The translations under genes were made by a program, and so were the position numbers. The notes under the pieces were generated by a model, which worked only from the letters and a program-made list of their open reading frames with translations, ran no database searches and was not told the DNA's origin. A DNA stretch of 32,000 nucleotides from the NCBI RefSeq assembly GCF_000011805.1, contig NC_006841.2. The stretch is one strand, 5' to 3'. This stretch comes from Aliivibrio fischeri ES114. GTDB taxonomy: Bacteria > Pseudomonadota > Gammaproteobacteria > Enterobacterales > Vibrionaceae. Below are positions 8,922 through 19,818 of the stretch, one piece after another (within the stretch, counting starts at the first letter, position 1; each line of letters starts with the position of its first letter).

Positions 8922-9485
8922 TTATTTATTTTGTGCTGCAATGTGAGTTGCGATTGCATCCATTAATGCTGGTGATAGGCAATCGTAAGTAGGTAGGCCT
9001 AGTTCAACAAAACGAGCACGGATCGCATCCATATCTTTAGGATCTGTACCTGTTTCAATAATAGATGATACAAATGCAGCAAATTGTGGTGCAGACCAAC
9101 CTTTATCAGCTGATAGCTCTGTGTGAACAAAGTCTAAACCGAAGAACGGATGACCTTCGTTATCAATACGACCGTACATGTGAGTACCACACTCTTTACA
9201 TGCATGACGTTTAATTGTTGCTGTTTCATCAATAACAACTAATTTCTCAGCATTTGCGATAACTTCAACATTGCCACGTGGAATCACTGCAACTTGAGAG
9301 AAGATAGCACCTTCTGGTTTCCAACATTTAGAACAGCCACAAGCATGGTTGTGAGCCGTTTGAGCGGTTAGCTTAACTGCTACTTTATTCTCTTTACATT
9401 GACAGTGTAATGTACCGCCTTGGAAGTTTTCATCTGTCGCTGCAAAGCCATTGTCGATTGCTGGATGTAGTTTTGTAATTGTCAT
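8922..9485 (-). CDS. Gfa-like / S-(hydroxymethyl)glutathione synthase family protein
   Basis: Zinc-ligand patterns [39 protein letters not shown]. Start chosen at MTITKLHP (9485); the track start is 9551. Confidence 0.9.
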   Translation of the reverse strand: MTITKLHPAIDNGFAATDENFQGGTLHCQCKENKVAVKLTAQTAHNHACGCSKCWKPEGAIFSQVAVIPRGNVEVIANAEKLVVIDETATIKRHACKECGTHMYGRIDNEGHPFFGLDFVHTELSADKGWSAPQFAAFVSSIIETGTDPKDMDAIRARFVELGLPTYDCLSPALMDAIATHIAAQNK

Positions 9486-9888
9486 TTTTTTTCCTGTAAA
9501 TACGTTCAGTATTTTTCGTAATGCGTTGTTCAAGCTTTGAACCTTTATCAAATTTTAGTTAGTTGTTTTCGTTATCTGAGCGCTCAAACGATGGGAGGCA
9601 TTTTTCTCCTTTCTGTGGCGGTAAACAATTAGGTAAATTGTAATTCATTATTACTAATACGTAATAATGTAATCTCCAAGTAAGTGCTCTATTACTTTTG
9701 TGTAATGTTTATATTAGTAAGTGTTGTTTTTATCTTTATGATTTTAAAGGTTTATTTTCATGTTTTTTCTTTTTATAAAAAAATAGCTATTTAATAGGTT
9801 TTGTAAATCACAACTATAAGTACAAGCTATTATCTTTAATTTATTTCTAGGTTTATTCTATCTCCGTAGTTTATTTGGGGATTTAGAG

Positions 9889-10761
9889 ATGACAAAAAGT
9901 GCATTAGTTGTTGAAGGTGGCGCAATGCGTGGCATTTTTGCTAGTGGGGTATTGGATATTTTCATGAAAAATGAATTTATGCCTTATGACTTTGCTATTG
10001 GTGTTTCTGCGGGAGCATCTAATTTATTAGGCTACCTTTCAAATGCACCACAACGCAGTTTTCATGTCATCACTAAATTGGCTACCCATAAACGTTTTTT
10101 TAATATTCCTAGATTTGCAAAAGGCGGGGATCTTGTGGATGTTAAATGGCTTATTGATGAGTCTAATATAAGACATCCTCTTGACTTAGATACGTTATTT
10201 TCTTCTATACCTATGTATGCAGCAGTAACAAACATTGATAGTGGTCATGCTGACTATTATCAAGTTAAAGAAAATAATCTTAATGATGTTATTGAAGCGA
10301 CAACGGCTTTACCAATTGCATATAAATCAACACCTTGTTTTTCTGGAGGATGTTATACCGACGGTGGTGTGGCGGATTCTATTCCAGTTAAAGAGGCCTA
10401 TCGTCGTGGTGCTAGAGATATTACGGTTATTTTATCTCATCCATTAAGTTATGAAATGAAGGCACCTAAATCGTCTTGGTTAATTACGAAATTATTGTCA
10501 CGGTATCCACAAATTGCGAAAGCTATGCTTGTTCGTGCAGATAATTACAATTTATCATTAGAATTCATTCGTAATCCTCCTGAGGGAACGACGGTTCGTG
10601 TTATTGCTCCACCTGAAGATTTTGCAGTTAAACGCCTTTCAATGAAATCTCCTATATTAATGGAAGGTTATCAAATGGGTGTTTCTGCTGGATTAAATCA
10701 TTTATCAAGTCGTGACGGTACATTTGGATTAGATACTGAAAATTGTCATTTCTGTATTTAA
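9889..10761 (+). CDS. Patatin-like phospholipase family protein
   Basis: Oxyanion hole GGAMRG, nucleophile elbow GVSAGA, catalytic Asp motif TDGGVADSIPV. Confidence 0.93.
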   Translation: MTKSALVVEGGAMRGIFASGVLDIFMKNEFMPYDFAIGVSAGASNLLGYLSNAPQRSFHVITKLATHKRFFNIPRFAKGGDLVDVKWLIDESNIRHPLDLDTLFSSIPMYAAVTNIDSGHADYYQVKENNLNDVIEATTALPIAYKSTPCFSGGCYTDGGVADSIPVKEAYRRGARDITVILSHPLSYEMKAPKSSWLITKLLSRYPQIAKAMLVRADNYNLSLEFIRNPPEGTTVRVIAPPEDFAVKRLSMKSPILMEGYQMGVSAGLNHLSSRDGTFGLDTENCHFCI

Positions 10762-10815
10762 TTCTATTTTTATAAACAGTTTTATCGTGCACTTTATATA
10801 AACAAGGAATCAATC

Positions 10816-12264
10816 ATGAGTAAGAAGTTAACAACAGCAGCAGGCTGTCCTGTTGCACATAACCAAAATGTTCAAACTGCGGGTAAACGTGGCCCTCAAT
10901 TATTGCAAGATGTGTGGTTTTTAGAAAAACTGGCGCATTTTGATCGTGAAGTTATTCCTGAGCGTCGTATGCATGCGAAAGGCTCTGGTGCTTACGGTAC
11001 ATTTACGGTTACTCACGACATTACGAAATATACGAAAGCAAAATTGTTTTCTGAAATTGGTAAACAAACCGAGTTATTCGCGCGTTTCACAACGGTAGCG
11101 GGTGAGCGTGGTGCTGCTGATGCTGAGCGTGATATTCGTGGTTTTGCATTAAAATTCTACACAGAAGAAGGTAACTGGGATTTGGTTGGTAATAATACAC
11201 CCGTATTCTTCCTACGTGATCCACTAAAATTCCCTGATTTAAACCACGCAGTGAAACGCGATCCTCGCACAAATATGCGAAGCGCTAAAAATAACTGGGA
11301 TTTTTGGACATCACTACCTGAAGCACTTCATCAAGTGACCATCGTAATGAGTGATCGTGGTATTCCTGCAACATACCGTCATATGCATGGTTTTGGTAGC
11401 CACACGTTTAGTTTTATTAATAGCGATAATGAGCGTTTTTGGGTTAAATTCCACTTTAAATCACAACAAGGCATTAAAAACTTGTCAGATGCTGAAGCTG
11501 CACAAGTGATTGGTCAAGATCGTGAAAGTCATCAACGTGATTTACTTGAAAGTATTGATAACCAAGATTTCCCTAAATGGACACTAAAAGTTCAGATCAT
11601 GCCAGAAGCGGATGCGGCAACAGTGCCTTACAATCCGTTTGATTTAACAAAAGTATGGCCACATAAAGATTATCCTTTGATTGAAGTGGGTGAGTTTGAG
11701 TTAAACCGTAATCCGCAAAACTTCTTTGCTGAAGTAGAGCAATCGGCATTTAACCCTGCAAACGTAGTTCCTGGTATTAGCTTCTCTCCAGATAAGATGC
11801 TACAAGGTCGTTTATTTGCATACGGTGATGCACAACGCTACCGTTTAGGTGTAAACCACCAACATATTCCTGTGAACGCTCCTCGTTGTCCTGTTCACAG
11901 CTATCACCGTGATGGTGCTATGCGTGTTGATGGTAACTTTGGCAGCACGCTAGGTTATGAACCAAATAATGAAGGCCAATGGGCTGAGCAACCTGATTTT
12001 GCAGAACCAGCATTAAATCTTGATGGTGCAGCTGCGCATTGGGATCACCGTGAAGATGAAGATTACTTCTCACAACCGGGTGATTTATTCCGCTTAATGA
12101 CCGCAGAGCAACAAGCTATATTGTTTGATAATACTGCTCGTAACTTAAATGGCGTACCAAAAGAGATTCAACTTCGTCATTTAAGACATTGTTATAAAGC
12201 TGACCCTGCTTATGGTGAAGGTATCGGTAAACTGCTTGATATTGATGTAAGCGAATTTAATTGA
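10816..12264 (+). CDS. katA: Monofunctional clade 3-like catalase
   Basis: [18 protein letters not shown]; [21 protein letters not shown]; [47 protein letters not shown]; [21 protein letters not shown]. Confidence 0.97.
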   Translation: MSKKLTTAAGCPVAHNQNVQTAGKRGPQLLQDVWFLEKLAHFDREVIPERRMHAKGSGAYGTFTVTHDITKYTKAKLFSEIGKQTELFARFTTVAGERGAADAERDIRGFALKFYTEEGNWDLVGNNTPVFFLRDPLKFPDLNHAVKRDPRTNMRSAKNNWDFWTSLPEALHQVTIVMSDRGIPATYRHMHGFGSHTFSFINSDNERFWVKFHFKSQQGIKNLSDAEAAQVIGQDRESHQRDLLESIDNQDFPKWTLKVQIMPEADAATVPYNPFDLTKVWPHKDYPLIEVGEFELNRNPQNFFAEVEQSAFNPANVVPGISFSPDKMLQGRLFAYGDAQRYRLGVNHQHIPVNAPRCPVHSYHRDGAMRVDGNFGSTLGYEPNNEGQWAEQPDFAEPALNLDGAAAHWDHREDEDYFSQPGDLFRLMTAEQQAILFDNTARNLNGVPKEIQLRHLRHCYKADPAYGEGIGKLLDIDVSEFN

Positions 12265-12280
12265 TAAAAAAGTTAATATA

Positions 12281-12305
12281 AGGCGACGAATGAGTCGCCT
12301 TTTTT
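12281..12305 (+). terminator. Rho-independent terminator after catalase
   Basis: AGGCGAC-gaatga-GTCGCCT followed by TTTTT. Confidence 0.8.
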
Positions 12306-12483
12306 ATGTCTATCATTTTGATTTAAATAAAATTTATCAAAATGATAAAGTCGTTACTGTTATGGTTTTTTTCTTTGTAAAAAATGAGACCGAGTGTTCA
12401 CTTTAAGAAATGGCCATATTCATTTTTTTATTTCTGGGGATATAGTCAATCCAATTGCATTAAATGAACCGGAGAAGTACCCC

Positions 12484-13023
12484 ATGAGTGCATACATTCA
12501 ATTTCCAAAAGAAACGTTTAATAAAACAGCGCCAATTGCTTATGGCGAAGATGAGCAAGAAGTGATGATTGATCAAGTCATTTACGACTATATCTTAAAA
12601 TACAGCAAAGACTTTGCAGAGGCTCAAGGGCTATTATCATTGCTTGTATCTGAAAATAAAGACTTTATTGAGAAAGCTCGTGAATCCTCAGAGATTAAAG
12701 AATCTCGAGCTGATTATATTGTTAATTTGATGAGTTCTGCATTATTGAATGTGTCTCCTGTTCCGCTTGATGCGCATCAAACCGTTGAAATTAATTTTGA
12801 TAATTTAACTTTTCAATGTGGAAAAACTGTAAGTCAGTGTTTTTCTATTCCAGCGTTCATTATGAGCATGATGAGTCAAAATGATGTACAAGAAGTCATT
12901 GAATCTGAACTTGTTCATATTGACGCAAAAGATTTTAATTTCGAACTTTTTAACAGTTATATTCGAGGCATTTTATTCTCACGATTATTTGAGAATAAGA
13001 TCACCGCAGATAACTGGGTCTAG
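12484..13023 (+). CDS. Hypothetical protein (179 aa)
   Basis: ATG at 12484 with GGAG upstream at appropriate spacing (cggagaagtacccc-atg). Product starts MSAYIQFPKETFNK. The track start at 12394 looks too early. No family recognised. Confidence 0.65.
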   Translation: MSAYIQFPKETFNKTAPIAYGEDEQEVMIDQVIYDYILKYSKDFAEAQGLLSLLVSENKDFIEKARESSEIKESRADYIVNLMSSALLNVSPVPLDAHQTVEINFDNLTFQCGKTVSQCFSIPAFIMSMMSQNDVQEVIESELVHIDAKDFNFELFNSYIRGILFSRLFENKITADNWV

Positions 13024-13083
13024 TCTGATTTTATGAGCGGTTATCATTTGGTATACCGCTCTTTATTATGATGGTTTACGTGA

Positions 13084-13098
13084 GTTTACATTGTAAAT
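13084..13098. promoter_or_regulatory. parS2-type site
   Basis: GTTTACATTGTAAAT matches nTTTACAnTGTAAAn exactly. It lies in the intergenic space between two + strand genes. Confidence 0.75.
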
Positions 13099-13290
13099 TT
13101 CATGAAGTGAGTCGAAAGCCAAATTGCTTTTTTCATTTTGTTCATGAGCGACTGGAAAGCAGATAACAAAATGATAAATCGCATTTAATAATGAGCCGAT
13201 ATATCGAGTGAAATCGTCTTTTTTTGCTAGCTTTGTTTGTGTAAGTACTATGCTATTAAGTGCTGTATCGTTCATAAACAAGGAAAGAAA

Positions 13291-14469
13291 ATGACTAATA
13301 AATTAACTTCGCTCACTATTGCTTTTGTTGGCGCATTATCTTCAATGGGAGCACAAGCACATGGCTGGGTTGAATACCCTAGTGCAAGACAAAATACTTG
13401 TTATTTAGATGGAGGTTTTTGGGATAACACCATTCCCAATCAAGCGTGTCAGGCTGCTTATGATGAATCAGGCGCTTTTCCTTTTGTTCAGCGAAATGAA
13501 GTTGCCGCTAATGTACCCAATTATCAAGATATGGCACACGTTCAAGCGATTGTTCGTGATGGTCACTTATGTTCCGCAGGTGATGCTGCTAAGTCTGGAT
13601 TAAACTTAGGCTCATTACATTGGCAGAAAACAGCGATAGCACTGGATGCAAATAACCAGATAGAGCTGATCTTTAATGCGACAGCCCCACATAACCCTTC
13701 TTACTGGCAGTTTTATCTTTCTAATGAAAATTATGATCCAACGGTTCCACTTACTTGGGGAGATCTGGTTCTTATTGATACTGCAGGTAATGTTCCTGTT
13801 GGAGAAGATAAAAAATACCGAATTAAAATAACATTACCAGCAGATAGAAGTGATTCTGCTGTTCTTTATACTCGTTGGCAGCGTGAAGATGCAGCAGGTG
13901 AAGGATTTTATAACTGCAGTGACATTTCGTTTAACGGCTCAGGTACAACACCACCAAAACCAACCGATCCTGTTGAGCCCCCACAATATTCAGACTTAGG
14001 CTATTACATTAATCAAGGATTTGGACCTGTTGAATCTGGAGATACGGTTCGTTTCAGAACGTTTGATTCTACAGGAGCTGAAACTACGGATATTAGCTTA
14101 GCTATTACAGCAAATAATACATCAACATGGTCAGCCGAATTGGCAGGGCAGTTTAATCAACTCAAGAACAAAGAGTGGTTCATTGGTATTTGGCATCAAG
14201 AAATGAATCATTATATGTATGATTCAAATAATATTTATGCAAATAAAGTTTTTGCACCTACAGCGAATGTGAGTTACCAGCTGTCTTTAATTAAAGCCGA
14301 TATCACCCCACCTGTTGAGCCGCCAGTAGAACCGTCAAATCCATGGGATAAAACCGCAACGTACAATGCAGGCGATATCGTGGATCATAACGGAAAAGCA
14401 TGGGTGGCACAGTGGTGGACAAAAGGTGAAGAGCCAGGAACGACAGGTGAATGGGGAGTGTGGCGATAA
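13291..14469 (+). CDS. AA10 lytic polysaccharide monooxygenase with C-terminal chitin-binding module
   Basis: Start at ATG 13291 with SD AGGAAAG. Signal peptide cleaved at AQA|HGWVEYPSARQ, exposing the His1 of the histidine brace. C-terminal WDKTATYNAGDIVDHNGKAWVAQWWTKGEEPG...WGVW is a CBM5/12-like module. Confidence 0.93.
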   Translation: MTNKLTSLTIAFVGALSSMGAQAHGWVEYPSARQNTCYLDGGFWDNTIPNQACQAAYDESGAFPFVQRNEVAANVPNYQDMAHVQAIVRDGHLCSAGDAAKSGLNLGSLHWQKTAIALDANNQIELIFNATAPHNPSYWQFYLSNENYDPTVPLTWGDLVLIDTAGNVPVGEDKKYRIKITLPADRSDSAVLYTRWQREDAAGEGFYNCSDISFNGSGTTPPKPTDPVEPPQYSDLGYYINQGFGPVESGDTVRFRTFDSTGAETTDISLAITANNTSTWSAELAGQFNQLKNKEWFIGIWHQEMNHYMYDSNNIYANKVFAPTANVSYQLSLIKADITPPVEPPVEPSNPWDKTATYNAGDIVDHNGKAWVAQWWTKGEEPGTTGEWGVWR

Positions 14470-14516
14470 GAAGAACCACTAATTCATATTAATTAAAATA
14501 TATATTACCTAATATA

Positions 14517-14546
14517 AAAGCCCTAAATTAGCCGTTTAGGGCTTTT
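14517..14546 (+). terminator. Rho-independent terminator after LPMO gene
   Basis: AAAGCCCTAAA ... TTTAGGGCTTTT stem-loop. Confidence 0.75.
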
Positions 14547-14678
14547 ATTATAACCAATGCTTATGAATAACATAATGAGAGCTATTTAGTCTAAAGAGGT
14601 TCAATTTCATATTATTTGCTCAATGATTAAGAACACGAATTCAAGGATGAAATCATTATTTTCAAAATGAGAGTAATT

Positions 14679-15218
14679 ATGAAATTAGTACAAAAAACAC
14701 TATTAGTAGCATCACTTCTATCTTCAACAGCCCTTTATGCTAATGCGCTAGAAGGACATCGAATCGGTTTAGGTTTTAACTCAACGAGCATTGATGATGT
14801 GGCTTTTGATAGTAAGCACTCAACAAGTGGCTTCACTTTAGCGTATGGTTACGATATTAATGATATTGTTGGTATCAACCTTTCTTTGAATAAAGGCAGT
14901 GGAAGTGAATTGATTTTTGATATAGATACATCTACATTTAAGTTTGATACCGATATTGGCTACACATTTCATATGGAAAATGCATCAATTAAGCCCTATG
15001 GTGTGTTGGGCTTTGCTAAGTTTAAAGAAGAACTCAGCGCATTTGGCCAAGATGTTGGCAAATGGGATGATTCCACCATATTTATAGGCGTTGGTACTCG
15101 AGCGACATTTAACCAACATTTTTATACAGATTTAAGATTGGATTTTATGAATCTAAAAGATAGTGGCGATAATATCTTTGCGGATCAATTCTCTTTTACT
15201 GTTGGTTATAAGTTTTAA
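14679..15218 (+). CDS. Outer-membrane beta-barrel protein (OmpX/Ail-like size class)
   Basis: Signal peptide (MKLVQKTLLVASLLSSTALYANA), alternating amphipathic strands, terminal aromatic F in ...FADQFSFTVGYKF. The track start is 14667. Confidence 0.8.
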   Translation: MKLVQKTLLVASLLSSTALYANALEGHRIGLGFNSTSIDDVAFDSKHSTSGFTLAYGYDINDIVGINLSLNKGSGSELIFDIDTSTFKFDTDIGYTFHMENASIKPYGVLGFAKFKEELSAFGQDVGKWDDSTIFIGVGTRATFNQHFYTDLRLDFMNLKDSGDNIFADQFSFTVGYKF

Positions 15219-15264
15219 TCAAGTCTAACTTATCCACTATTTTAGTTACTATGATTATTCTTAA

Positions 15265-15292
15265 AGCTCTGGATTTTTCCGGGGCTTTTTTA
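15265..15292 (+). terminator. Probable terminator (stem with G-U pairs)
   Basis: AAGCTCTGGA-ttt-TCCGGGGCTT followed by TTTT. Confidence 0.5.
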
Positions 15293-15444
15293 TTGTGCAT
15301 TAAAACATCATACTTCTCGACAATGTGATCGAGATCTCTGTATAATCCGCGCCTAGATTTTCTCATTCATCATACTTTCGTCCTTCATCTTTTAGCGCTC
15401 TATCGCTTAATCATGACTTGTCAGTAAACCTAGGAATTACTTCG

Positions 15445-17055
15445 TTGATACAATCAAACAATATCACTATGCAGTTTGGCGCAGAGCCTTTATTCGAAAA
15501 CATTTCAGCAAAATTTGGCAACGGTAACCGTTATGGTTTGATCGGGGCGAATGGTTGCGGAAAATCAACCTTCATGAAGATTCTAAGTGGCGCATTAACT
15601 CCTAGCTCTGGCAATGTATCAATGACACCGGGACAAAAGTTAGGTGTGCTAAGTCAAGATCAATTTGCGTTTGAGCAATTTAACGTAATCGATGTTGTGA
15701 TCATGGGGGACAAAAAATTATGGGAAATCAAACAAGAGCGTGACCGTATCTATTCATTACCTGAAATGAGTGAAGAAGACGGTATGAAAGTGGCAGAGCT
15801 TGAAAGTGAATTTGCTGAAATGGACGGTTACAGCGCTGAAAGTCGTGCTGGTGATATCTTGATCCAAGCGGGTATTGATGAATCACTTCATTTTGGTTTA
15901 ATGCAGCAAGTGGCACCTGGTTGGAAATTGCGTGTGTTATTGGCACAAGCTCTGTTTGCAAACCCTGATATTTTGTTACTTGATGAACCAACCAACAACT
16001 TGGATATTCATACGATCAACTGGTTAGCTGAAGAGCTGAATCAACGTAAATGTACCATGATCATCATTTCGCATGACAGACACTTCTTGAACTCTGTATG
16101 TACGCATATGGCGGACATTGATTATGGCGAATTACGCATTTATCCAGGCAATTATGAGTATTTCTTAGAAGCATCTAGCTTGATCCGTGAGCAATTACTA
16201 GCAGGAAATGCGAAAAAAGAAGCTGAGATTAATGAGCTACAAGATTTCGTAAACCGTTTTGGTGCTAATGCATCGAAAGCGAAACAAGCAAGTTCTCGTG
16301 CCAAGAAAATGGAAAAGATCACTCTGGATGAAGTGAAGTCATCTAGTCGTATGAGCCCATCAATTAATTTTGGTGAAGGTAAAAAATTACACCGCCAAGC
16401 ATTAGAGCTTGAAAACCTAGGTCATGGTTTTGATGGTGACGTTCTATTTAAAGGCGGAGACTTACTGCTTGAAGCGGGTACACGTTTAGCGGTAATTGGT
16501 GAAAATGGTGTAGGTAAAACAACCTTCTTACGTTGTTTAGTTCAAGACTTAAAACAAAACGAAGGTATTGTTAAATGGTCTGAAAACGCTTCTGTGGGTT
16601 ATTGTCCTCAAGATAGCACTGCTGATTTTGATAATGATTTAAGTATTTTCGATTGGATTTCTCAATGGCGTACCGCTAAGCACGATGATCTTATGGTTCG
16701 TGGTATTTTAGGTCGTTTGTTATTTACTGCTGATGATGCAAATAAGAAAGCGCGTAACTGTTCAGGTGGTGAGAAGAACCGTTTATTATTTGGCAAGTTA
16801 ATGATGCAAGATATCAATGTACTTGTTATGGATGAACCAACAAACCACATGGATATGGAAGCGATTGAAGCTCTGAATAATGCGTTAAAAGTGTACCCAG
16901 GTACGCTAATCTTTGTAAGTCATGACCGTGAGTTTGTATCGTCTCTTGCAACGCATATCATTGATATTAAAGATAAGAAGATCATTAACTTCCAAGGCAC
17001 TTATGATGAATATTTAGATCATCAAGTTAAAATGCTTCAGGTTAAAATTGCCTAA
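15445..17055 (+). CDS. ybiT: ABC-F family ATPase, YbiT-like
   Basis: [59 protein letters not shown], two Walker A/B sets. TTG at 15445 has AGGA upstream and gives a length and N-terminus comparable to E. coli YbiT. The track start is 15418. Confidence 0.93.
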   Translation: MIQSNNITMQFGAEPLFENISAKFGNGNRYGLIGANGCGKSTFMKILSGALTPSSGNVSMTPGQKLGVLSQDQFAFEQFNVIDVVIMGDKKLWEIKQERDRIYSLPEMSEEDGMKVAELESEFAEMDGYSAESRAGDILIQAGIDESLHFGLMQQVAPGWKLRVLLAQALFANPDILLLDEPTNNLDIHTINWLAEELNQRKCTMIIISHDRHFLNSVCTHMADIDYGELRIYPGNYEYFLEASSLIREQLLAGNAKKEAEINELQDFVNRFGANASKAKQASSRAKKMEKITLDEVKSSSRMSPSINFGEGKKLHRQALELENLGHGFDGDVLFKGGDLLLEAGTRLAVIGENGVGKTTFLRCLVQDLKQNEGIVKWSENASVGYCPQDSTADFDNDLSIFDWISQWRTAKHDDLMVRGILGRLLFTADDANKKARNCSGGEKNRLLFGKLMMQDINVLVMDEPTNHMDMEAIEALNNALKVYPGTLIFVSHDREFVSSLATHIIDIKDKKIINFQGTYDEYLDHQVKMLQVKIA

Positions 17056-17085
17056 TTTATTCGCTTTAGGTTAAGATCTTTAAAA

Positions 17086-17117
17086 ACGCGAGTTTGATTA
17101 CCAACTCGCGTTTTTTA
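17086..17117 (+). terminator. Rho-independent terminator
   Basis: ACGCGAGTT-tgattacc-AACTCGCGT followed by TTTTT. Confidence 0.85.
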
Positions 17118-17140
17118 TTTTGTTTATTTAGGAATTATAT

Positions 17141-17779
17141 ATGTCACTCATTAACTCTAAAGAAGCGGCACCAGCACATACTGTCGTTGTACTCGATTTT
17201 GAAACTACTGGTTTATCTCCAAATCAAGGGGATCGTGCAATCGAAATTGGTGCTGTTAAATTAGAAAATGGTGTGGTGGTTGATCGCTTTCAAGGTTTAA
17301 TGAATCCGGGGTTTAGAGTCAGTCCATTTATAGAAAACTATACTGGTATTTCTAATCGTATGCTTGCAGATGCAGCCAGTTGTGATGAAGTGATGAATGA
17401 GTTTGCCAACTTTATTCAAGGTTGCAATTTGGTTGCTCATAATGCCTCGTTTGATAAGCGTTTTTTAGATGGTGAGTTAGCGTTAATCCAGCGTGAATAT
17501 GATGGGGATTTTGCTTGTTCACTATTAGTGTCTAGACGATTAACTCAAGAAGCGTCGTCGCATAAATTAGGCGATTTGGTTGCTTATCATCAAATTGAAA
17601 ATGATGGTGTATTTCACCGAGCATTAGCTGATGCTGAGGTTACGGCATCATTATGGTTAGTATTATTAGAGACGTTAGAAAGAGAGCACGGAATAGTAAA
17701 TCCAAGCTTTGAATTAATGATGAAGATAGGTAAAACACCTAAAGCATCCATAGCTAACTTTTTGAAAAAGAATCGCTAG
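17141..17779 (+). CDS. DnaQ/DEDDh family 3'-5' exonuclease
   Basis: VVLDFETTGLSPNQGDRAIEIGAV, LVAHNASFDKRFL, HRALADAEVTASL (ExoI/II/III motifs). Confidence 0.9.
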   Translation: MSLINSKEAAPAHTVVVLDFETTGLSPNQGDRAIEIGAVKLENGVVVDRFQGLMNPGFRVSPFIENYTGISNRMLADAASCDEVMNEFANFIQGCNLVAHNASFDKRFLDGELALIQREYDGDFACSLLVSRRLTQEASSHKLGDLVAYHQIENDGVFHRALADAEVTASLWLVLLETLEREHGIVNPSFELMMKIGKTPKASIANFLKKNR

Positions 17780-17824
17780 CGGGTCGAAATAGAGCGATTT
17801 ATTTATCGTTATACTCGTTGCGAT

Positions 17825-19300
17825 CTAAAAGCGTCGATTTAGAAGTGTGATAAATTGTCTTTTTCTATCTGACTTCCATCCGTATTCCATGGCTAATGAC
17901 CAATTTTGATTAAATACGTAGTTAGCCCCAACTAAGCTAGCCCATTTATCCGTATTACTTTGTTTTACTTTATAGTCAATACCAACCCCTTCGTAGTTAT
18001 ACGTTCCGGTTAGTGTCAATGTGCTATCTAAATAGGTACCGCCGGCATATACGGCGATAGATTGAGGGCCAGTGATCGGGAATATCTTTCCTACCCTAGG
18101 TGAGATATTGACGATTAAGCCTTCTGCATCATTCTTTTTCATATCAGCGTAAGTTACTGAAATAGGTAGAGTGACGAAATAACTGTTCCACCCTGAAGCC
18201 AATACGGTTCCTAAGGTATAGTTTGTACCTTCTAAATGCGCGGTGACACTTACGCTAGGATCTCTACCTTGAAATATTTTACATATGGGTTTGTTTTTTA
18301 TTAGGCTGCAATCTTTGCCAAGTTGATTAAGTAAATCATCGCCGCTGAATTGTATTCCTATATCAGCCGTCCCTTTAATTTTCCCTACCGCCCCAAAGAC
18401 ATTCATAAAAGGAAATAGCCACGCATCTAGCTTTAGCTGAGGCGATTTTGTGTTATTACTGTTGTTATCAAAAGAAACAAAATCAATAGGGTACTGTTTA
18501 GAGCCATTAATACCCACATCTAAATCACTGATATCCATGTATTGAAAAGTATCTGTATAGATGATGCTTACGCCATAAGGTTTGGGTAATGAGTAACCTT
18601 TATCAATGACTGCTTGTGCATAAAAAGGAAGTGACCTTTCCCATTTTTTCGGGGCTTTTGTTGGTTTTGGTGAATGGCTATCAGCTTCTGTAGGCTCGGT
18701 TTTATTTGGAATCGTAAAGTCACCTAATCCTGTATCGTTTAAATCATGGTTAACGGAGGTTGATAAGTAGCGCAATGTTCCTGTTGCACCGAAACCTGAA
18801 TTTGATAGCACATAGACTGGAACATCGTTTTCTGCATCAAGAAGTGCGGCTGAAGTCGTTGTCCCTTCATCATCAAGGTTTAAGGCCGCTTCAAGTGAAA
18901 GAGTGTGGACTCCTCGCTTGTATTCAGCTATTGCTTCTTCTGTATCAAAAATAGCGAGGGCTTCATAATTACCAAGAGCCAAGCCAATACCAAGGTCATA
19001 TCGGTTAACATCAATATAAGTAATTGAAGAATCTTCATTATTATAAATAGCGCCTCTTCCTGTCGCCCCTCCAATTGCAGGAACCATGATGCCTGATAAA
19101 CTGACTGTACCATAGCCTTTTGCTGATTGAAGTTGGTCGGCAACATCAGGGTAGTCTTTACTGATTTTAGTGATGATCTCAGAGGAGGTGGTATTTATTT
19201 TGTTTCTTACATCGTCTCTGTCTTTTTTGGGAACATGAGAGCTGCAACCTACCAATATTCCTAAATAACAAAACCATAAAATACGAATCACCATATGCAT
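17825..19300 (-). CDS. Lipoprotein with SYLF/YSC84-like N-terminal part and beta-barrel-like C-terminal part
   Basis: Lipobox YLGILVGCSS. QLQSAKGYGTVSLSGIMVPAIGGATGRGAIYN...ITYIDVNRYDLGIGLALGNYEALAIFDTEEAIAEY resembles SYLF. C-terminal alternating strands end in ...QFITLLNRRF. Confidence 0.6.
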   Translation of the reverse strand: MHMVIRILWFCYLGILVGCSSHVPKKDRDDVRNKINTTSSEIITKISKDYPDVADQLQSAKGYGTVSLSGIMVPAIGGATGRGAIYNNEDSSITYIDVNRYDLGIGLALGNYEALAIFDTEEAIAEYKRGVHTLSLEAALNLDDEGTTTSAALLDAENDVPVYVLSNSGFGATGTLRYLSTSVNHDLNDTGLGDFTIPNKTEPTEADSHSPKPTKAPKKWERSLPFYAQAVIDKGYSLPKPYGVSIIYTDTFQYMDISDLDVGINGSKQYPIDFVSFDNNSNNTKSPQLKLDAWLFPFMNVFGAVGKIKGTADIGIQFSGDDLLNQLGKDCSLIKNKPICKIFQGRDPSVSVTAHLEGTNYTLGTVLASGWNSYFVTLPISVTYADMKKNDAEGLIVNISPRVGKIFPITGPQSIAVYAGGTYLDSTLTLTGTYNYEGVGIDYKVKQSNTDKWASLVGANYVFNQNWSLAMEYGWKSDRKRQFITLLNRRF

Positions 19301-19818
19301 AATCCTTTAGCTAAAGCTGATCGAAGCGAAAAAGAGAGTGGGATCTAAAGCGCATTAATTCTTTTGGCCACCGTATTTGTGAATAATTAAGTATAAGGTA
19401 TTTATTTGTGACTGCTTGGTTTTTAAGGAAATAAAATTACTATTAGTTGTTTTCGTTATTCATTGTCGCTTTTGTTCAATTTTCAAATAAATAGGAAGAT
19501 TATCATACTCTGAACTAATTATATTCTTTCTGTAAAAACGGAAAAATAGTGGGGCTAATTGATGAGAAAAAAAGTAAAACTTCATTTGTTTATCATCTTG
19601 TTGTAAATAATTGCTACCAAGATCTTAAAACGATGAAAAAGAGAGGTTCATCGAAAAACTTTCATTGCTATTTTTTCTGTATACGGTGGTAAAATCTCGG
19701 AGCAAAATAGAGGAGTTTAACCCCCCTGTTTTATGAGGGATTTGCATTAGATTGCTTACCATTGATTTTAAATACTTTTATCAATGGTAAACAATCTACC
19801 ATATGTATGGAGCAACAA

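Noticed and set aside
13066-13281. ORF 13066..13281(-), 71 aa
   Set aside because: No clear SD, no family features, and it overlaps a perfect parS2-like motif. Treated as spurious.
16054-16068. ATGATCAT occurrences inside coding sequence (also near 26042)
   Set aside because: Explained by codons for Met-Ile repeats in conserved protein motifs (e.g. TMIIISHD of the ABC-F Walker B/H region). The extended iteron context is missing.
19562-19693. Possible 43-aa peptide MRKKSKTSFVYHLVVNNCYQDL... upstream of rsgA
   Set aside because: No SD, low-complexity start and no homology cue. Could not be supported.
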